The notes under the pieces: generated by a model
Database searches by the model: none
What the model saw: only the letters and a program-made list of their open reading frames with translations
What the model was told of the DNA's origin: nothing
Made by a program: the position numbers and the translations under genes
In this document: piece after piece, positions 32,749-34,712 of the stretch
Position numbering within the stretch: position 1 is the stretch's first letter
Layout of the letters: every line of letters starts with the position of its first letter
Source: Sphaeroforma arctica JP610
Taxonomy: Eukaryota
NCBI RefSeq assembly: GCF_001186125.1
Contig: NW_014039890.1
Location: 16,936 to 51,647, forward strand
Direction: 5' to 3'
DNA: 34,712 nucleotides

Positions 32749-34026
32749 ATGTCTGATTTCGAGTTTCTGTTTACCTCTGAATCCGTCGGTGAGGGTCACC
32801 CCGACAAAATCTGTGATCAGGTATCTGACGCTGTTCTAGACGCGTGTCTGGCCGAGGACCCTCAGTCGAAGGTAGCCTGCGAAAGTGCGTCAAAGACCGG
32901 TATGATCATGGTCTTCGGCGAGATCACAACTAAGGCTGTGCTTGACTATCAGCAAATCATCCGTGGTGCCATTAAGAAGATTGGTTACAACGATTCCTCT
33001 CTAGGTTTCGATTACAAGACGTGCAACGTCATGATTGCGATTGAGCAGCAGTCTCCAGATATTGCACAAGGTGTTCACGAAGAACGTGATGATCTTGACG
33101 TAGGCGCTGGTGATCAGGGAATCATGTTTGGTTATGCGACCGATGAAACTCCGGAGTATATGCCTCTTACTTGCCAGCTGTCGCATCAGCTTAATGCCAA
33201 GCTTGCCGAGCTTCGTCGTTCAACGTATGTTCCATCCACTGTTTTTTTACGTTCCGCACTGCACACAGTCCATTTCTCTGCCCTATCTCGTTTCCTTATT
33301 TCATTCACTGTCTCGATCATTAACAAATACCACTTTCTATCGCAATTCAATAGCCATCCTTGGATTGGACCCGACACCAAGACTCAGGTCACTGTGGAGT
33401 ACAAGAAGTCCGGTGGATCTCTTGCTCCCGTCCGTGTGCACACAGTTGTAATTTCTGCACAGCACACTGATGACATCAAGCAGGATGCTATCGTTAAGGC
33501 TCTAGAGGAAGATGTTGTCAAAGCCGTCATTCCCGAGCGCTACCTTGATGCCAATACTGTACTTCACTTGAATCCAAGTGGACGATTCGTTATCGGCGGA
33601 CCTCAAGGTGATGCCGGACTAACAGGCCGTAAGATCATTGTAGACACTTACGGAGGTTGGGGAGCTCATGGAGGAGGTGCCTTCTCCGGCAAGGATCCAA
33701 CCAAGGTTGATCGATCAGCCGCCTATGCTGCTCGTTGGGTTGCCAAGTCACTTGTTGCAGCCAAGTTGGCAAACAGATGCCTTGTGCAGCTTTCATACGC
33801 CATTGGTGTAGCTAAGCCCCTATCTGTGTTCGTAGACACTTATGGAACTGGAACCAAAACTGATGGTGACATTGTCAAGATCATCGAGCAGAACTTTGAT
33901 CTTCGCCCTGGAGCTTTGATCCGTGATCTGGATCTATTGAAGCCGATATATCAAGACACAGCATGCTACGGACATTTCGGCCGCAATGAGTTCAGCTGGG
34001 AGAAGCCCAGAATCCTCAACTTTTAA
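32749..34026 (+). CDS. SAM1: S-adenosylmethionine synthetase (methionine adenosyltransferase); exons 32749-33224 and 33354-34026; 382 aa
   Basis: [99 protein letters not shown]. The true start is ATG 32749, not the TTG at 32632. Confidence 0.97.
   Translation: MSDFEFLFTSESVGEGHPDKICDQVSDAVLDACLAEDPQSKVACESASKTGMIMVFGEITTKAVLDYQQIIRGAIKKIGYNDSSLGFDYKTCNVMIAIEQQSPDIAQGVHEERDDLDVGAGDQGIMFGYATDETPEYMPLTCQLSHQLNAKLAELRRSTYVPSTVFLRSALHTVHFSALSRFLISFTVSIINKYHFLSQFNSHPWIGPDTKTQVTVEYKKSGGSLAPVRVHTVVISAQHTDDIKQDAIVKALEEDVVKAVIPERYLDANTVLHLNPSGRFVIGGPQGDAGLTGRKIIVDTYGGWGAHGGGAFSGKDPTKVDRSAAYAARWVAKSLVAAKLANRCLVQLSYAIGVAKPLSVFVDTYGTGTKTDGDIVKIIEQNFDLRPGALIRDLDLLKPIYQDTACYGHFGRNEFSWEKPRILNF
33225..33353 (+). 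other. Spliceosomal intron (129 nt) in SAM synthetase
   Basis: GTATGT...cattaac (branch point)...caatag. Removing it gives [18 protein letters not shown], matching the conserved RR...PWLRPD.KTQVT block. Confidence 0.92.
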
Positions 34027-34712
34027 TTACAAGATTTTCAAATAACCAATATTGGACAGCTTACGTTGAGTTTGTCCCGTGACGGTTCAACATTATAATG
34101 CTTTTAAGAGGTGGTTGATTTCACCTCACCTAACGATTATTAGGTGTAAAGAAGGCAAGAGATAATACAATAGCACTGGAGTCAGTTCTGGATAGCTCTT
34201 AACATTAACTGTAAACAGGATAAGTATTTAAATATAAAAAGGCATCCTTGAGCATGTTTGAACATGTAGTTGTTTGAATATACTGACAATTGTCTTCATT
34301 CAGAATGTATATAAGTTATCATAGGCCCGAAATATGTATTTTTGAATGCATTTGTATTCTCAAGGATGGTTGCTATCGATTGGAAAACTACCCTGTTGTT
34401 TCCGGGAATCCTAAATACTTAAGCGCGGGACGGTACGTCGTCACCAAAGACCGAAGTGGGGGACGGTGCATTTGCGCGCGGGACGGTGCATCACACTAAA
34501 GACTGACTGATGTGGGGGACGGTACCTGTGGATTTGAGATAGAACGGTGAGTGCGATTTCGAAGCACAACTATATACCATTCGAAACTAAGATTCAGAAT
34601 CGTAAATCGCTGTGAACGTATTCGAGTGCCTACGTTTATATCAACACAAACACTCCCTTATCGACTCACACACGGTACACACATAAAACGCATATACGTG
34701 TACATGTATGTT

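Noticed and set aside
32749..34026. Functional link between SAM synthetase and the methyltransferase-bearing retroelements
   Set aside because: The gene lies >5 kb outside any element boundary and looks like an ordinary intron-containing host gene. The proximity is most likely coincidental.

Overview
This window is eukaryotic genomic DNA: it has spliceosomal GT-AG introns, AT/AC microsatellites, two N gaps and a eukaryotic-type SAM synthetase. About 1.7-27.4 kb is a pile of decayed, partly nested transposons. E0 is the 3' end of a + strand LTR element (to 2402). It is inserted into E1 (- strand Ty3/gypsy, 2403-9986), which is itself inserted into the RNase H of E2 (- strand, 9987-~16073). These are followed by a THAP/HTH/DDE_Tnp_4 (ISL2EU/Harbinger-like) transposase pseudogene, a pol fragment E4 from a different gypsy family (~17.8-20.6 kb), and a fully bounded chromodomain-bearing element E3 (20920-27430; 211-bp LTRs, CGCC TSD, internal deletion). 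Main observation: two divergent gypsy elements (E1, E4) carry a DIRS-type N6-adenine DNA methyltransferase-like domain between RNase H and integrase (RT-RH-MT-IN). E1 and E3 also lack a tRNA primer-binding site and show conserved LTR/leader pairing that would hide the 5' poly(A) signal. The right end holds an intact S-adenosylmethionine synthetase gene with a stop-free in-frame 129-nt intron and a probable structured 5'-UTR intron. All domain calls come from manual motif recognition, not database searches.
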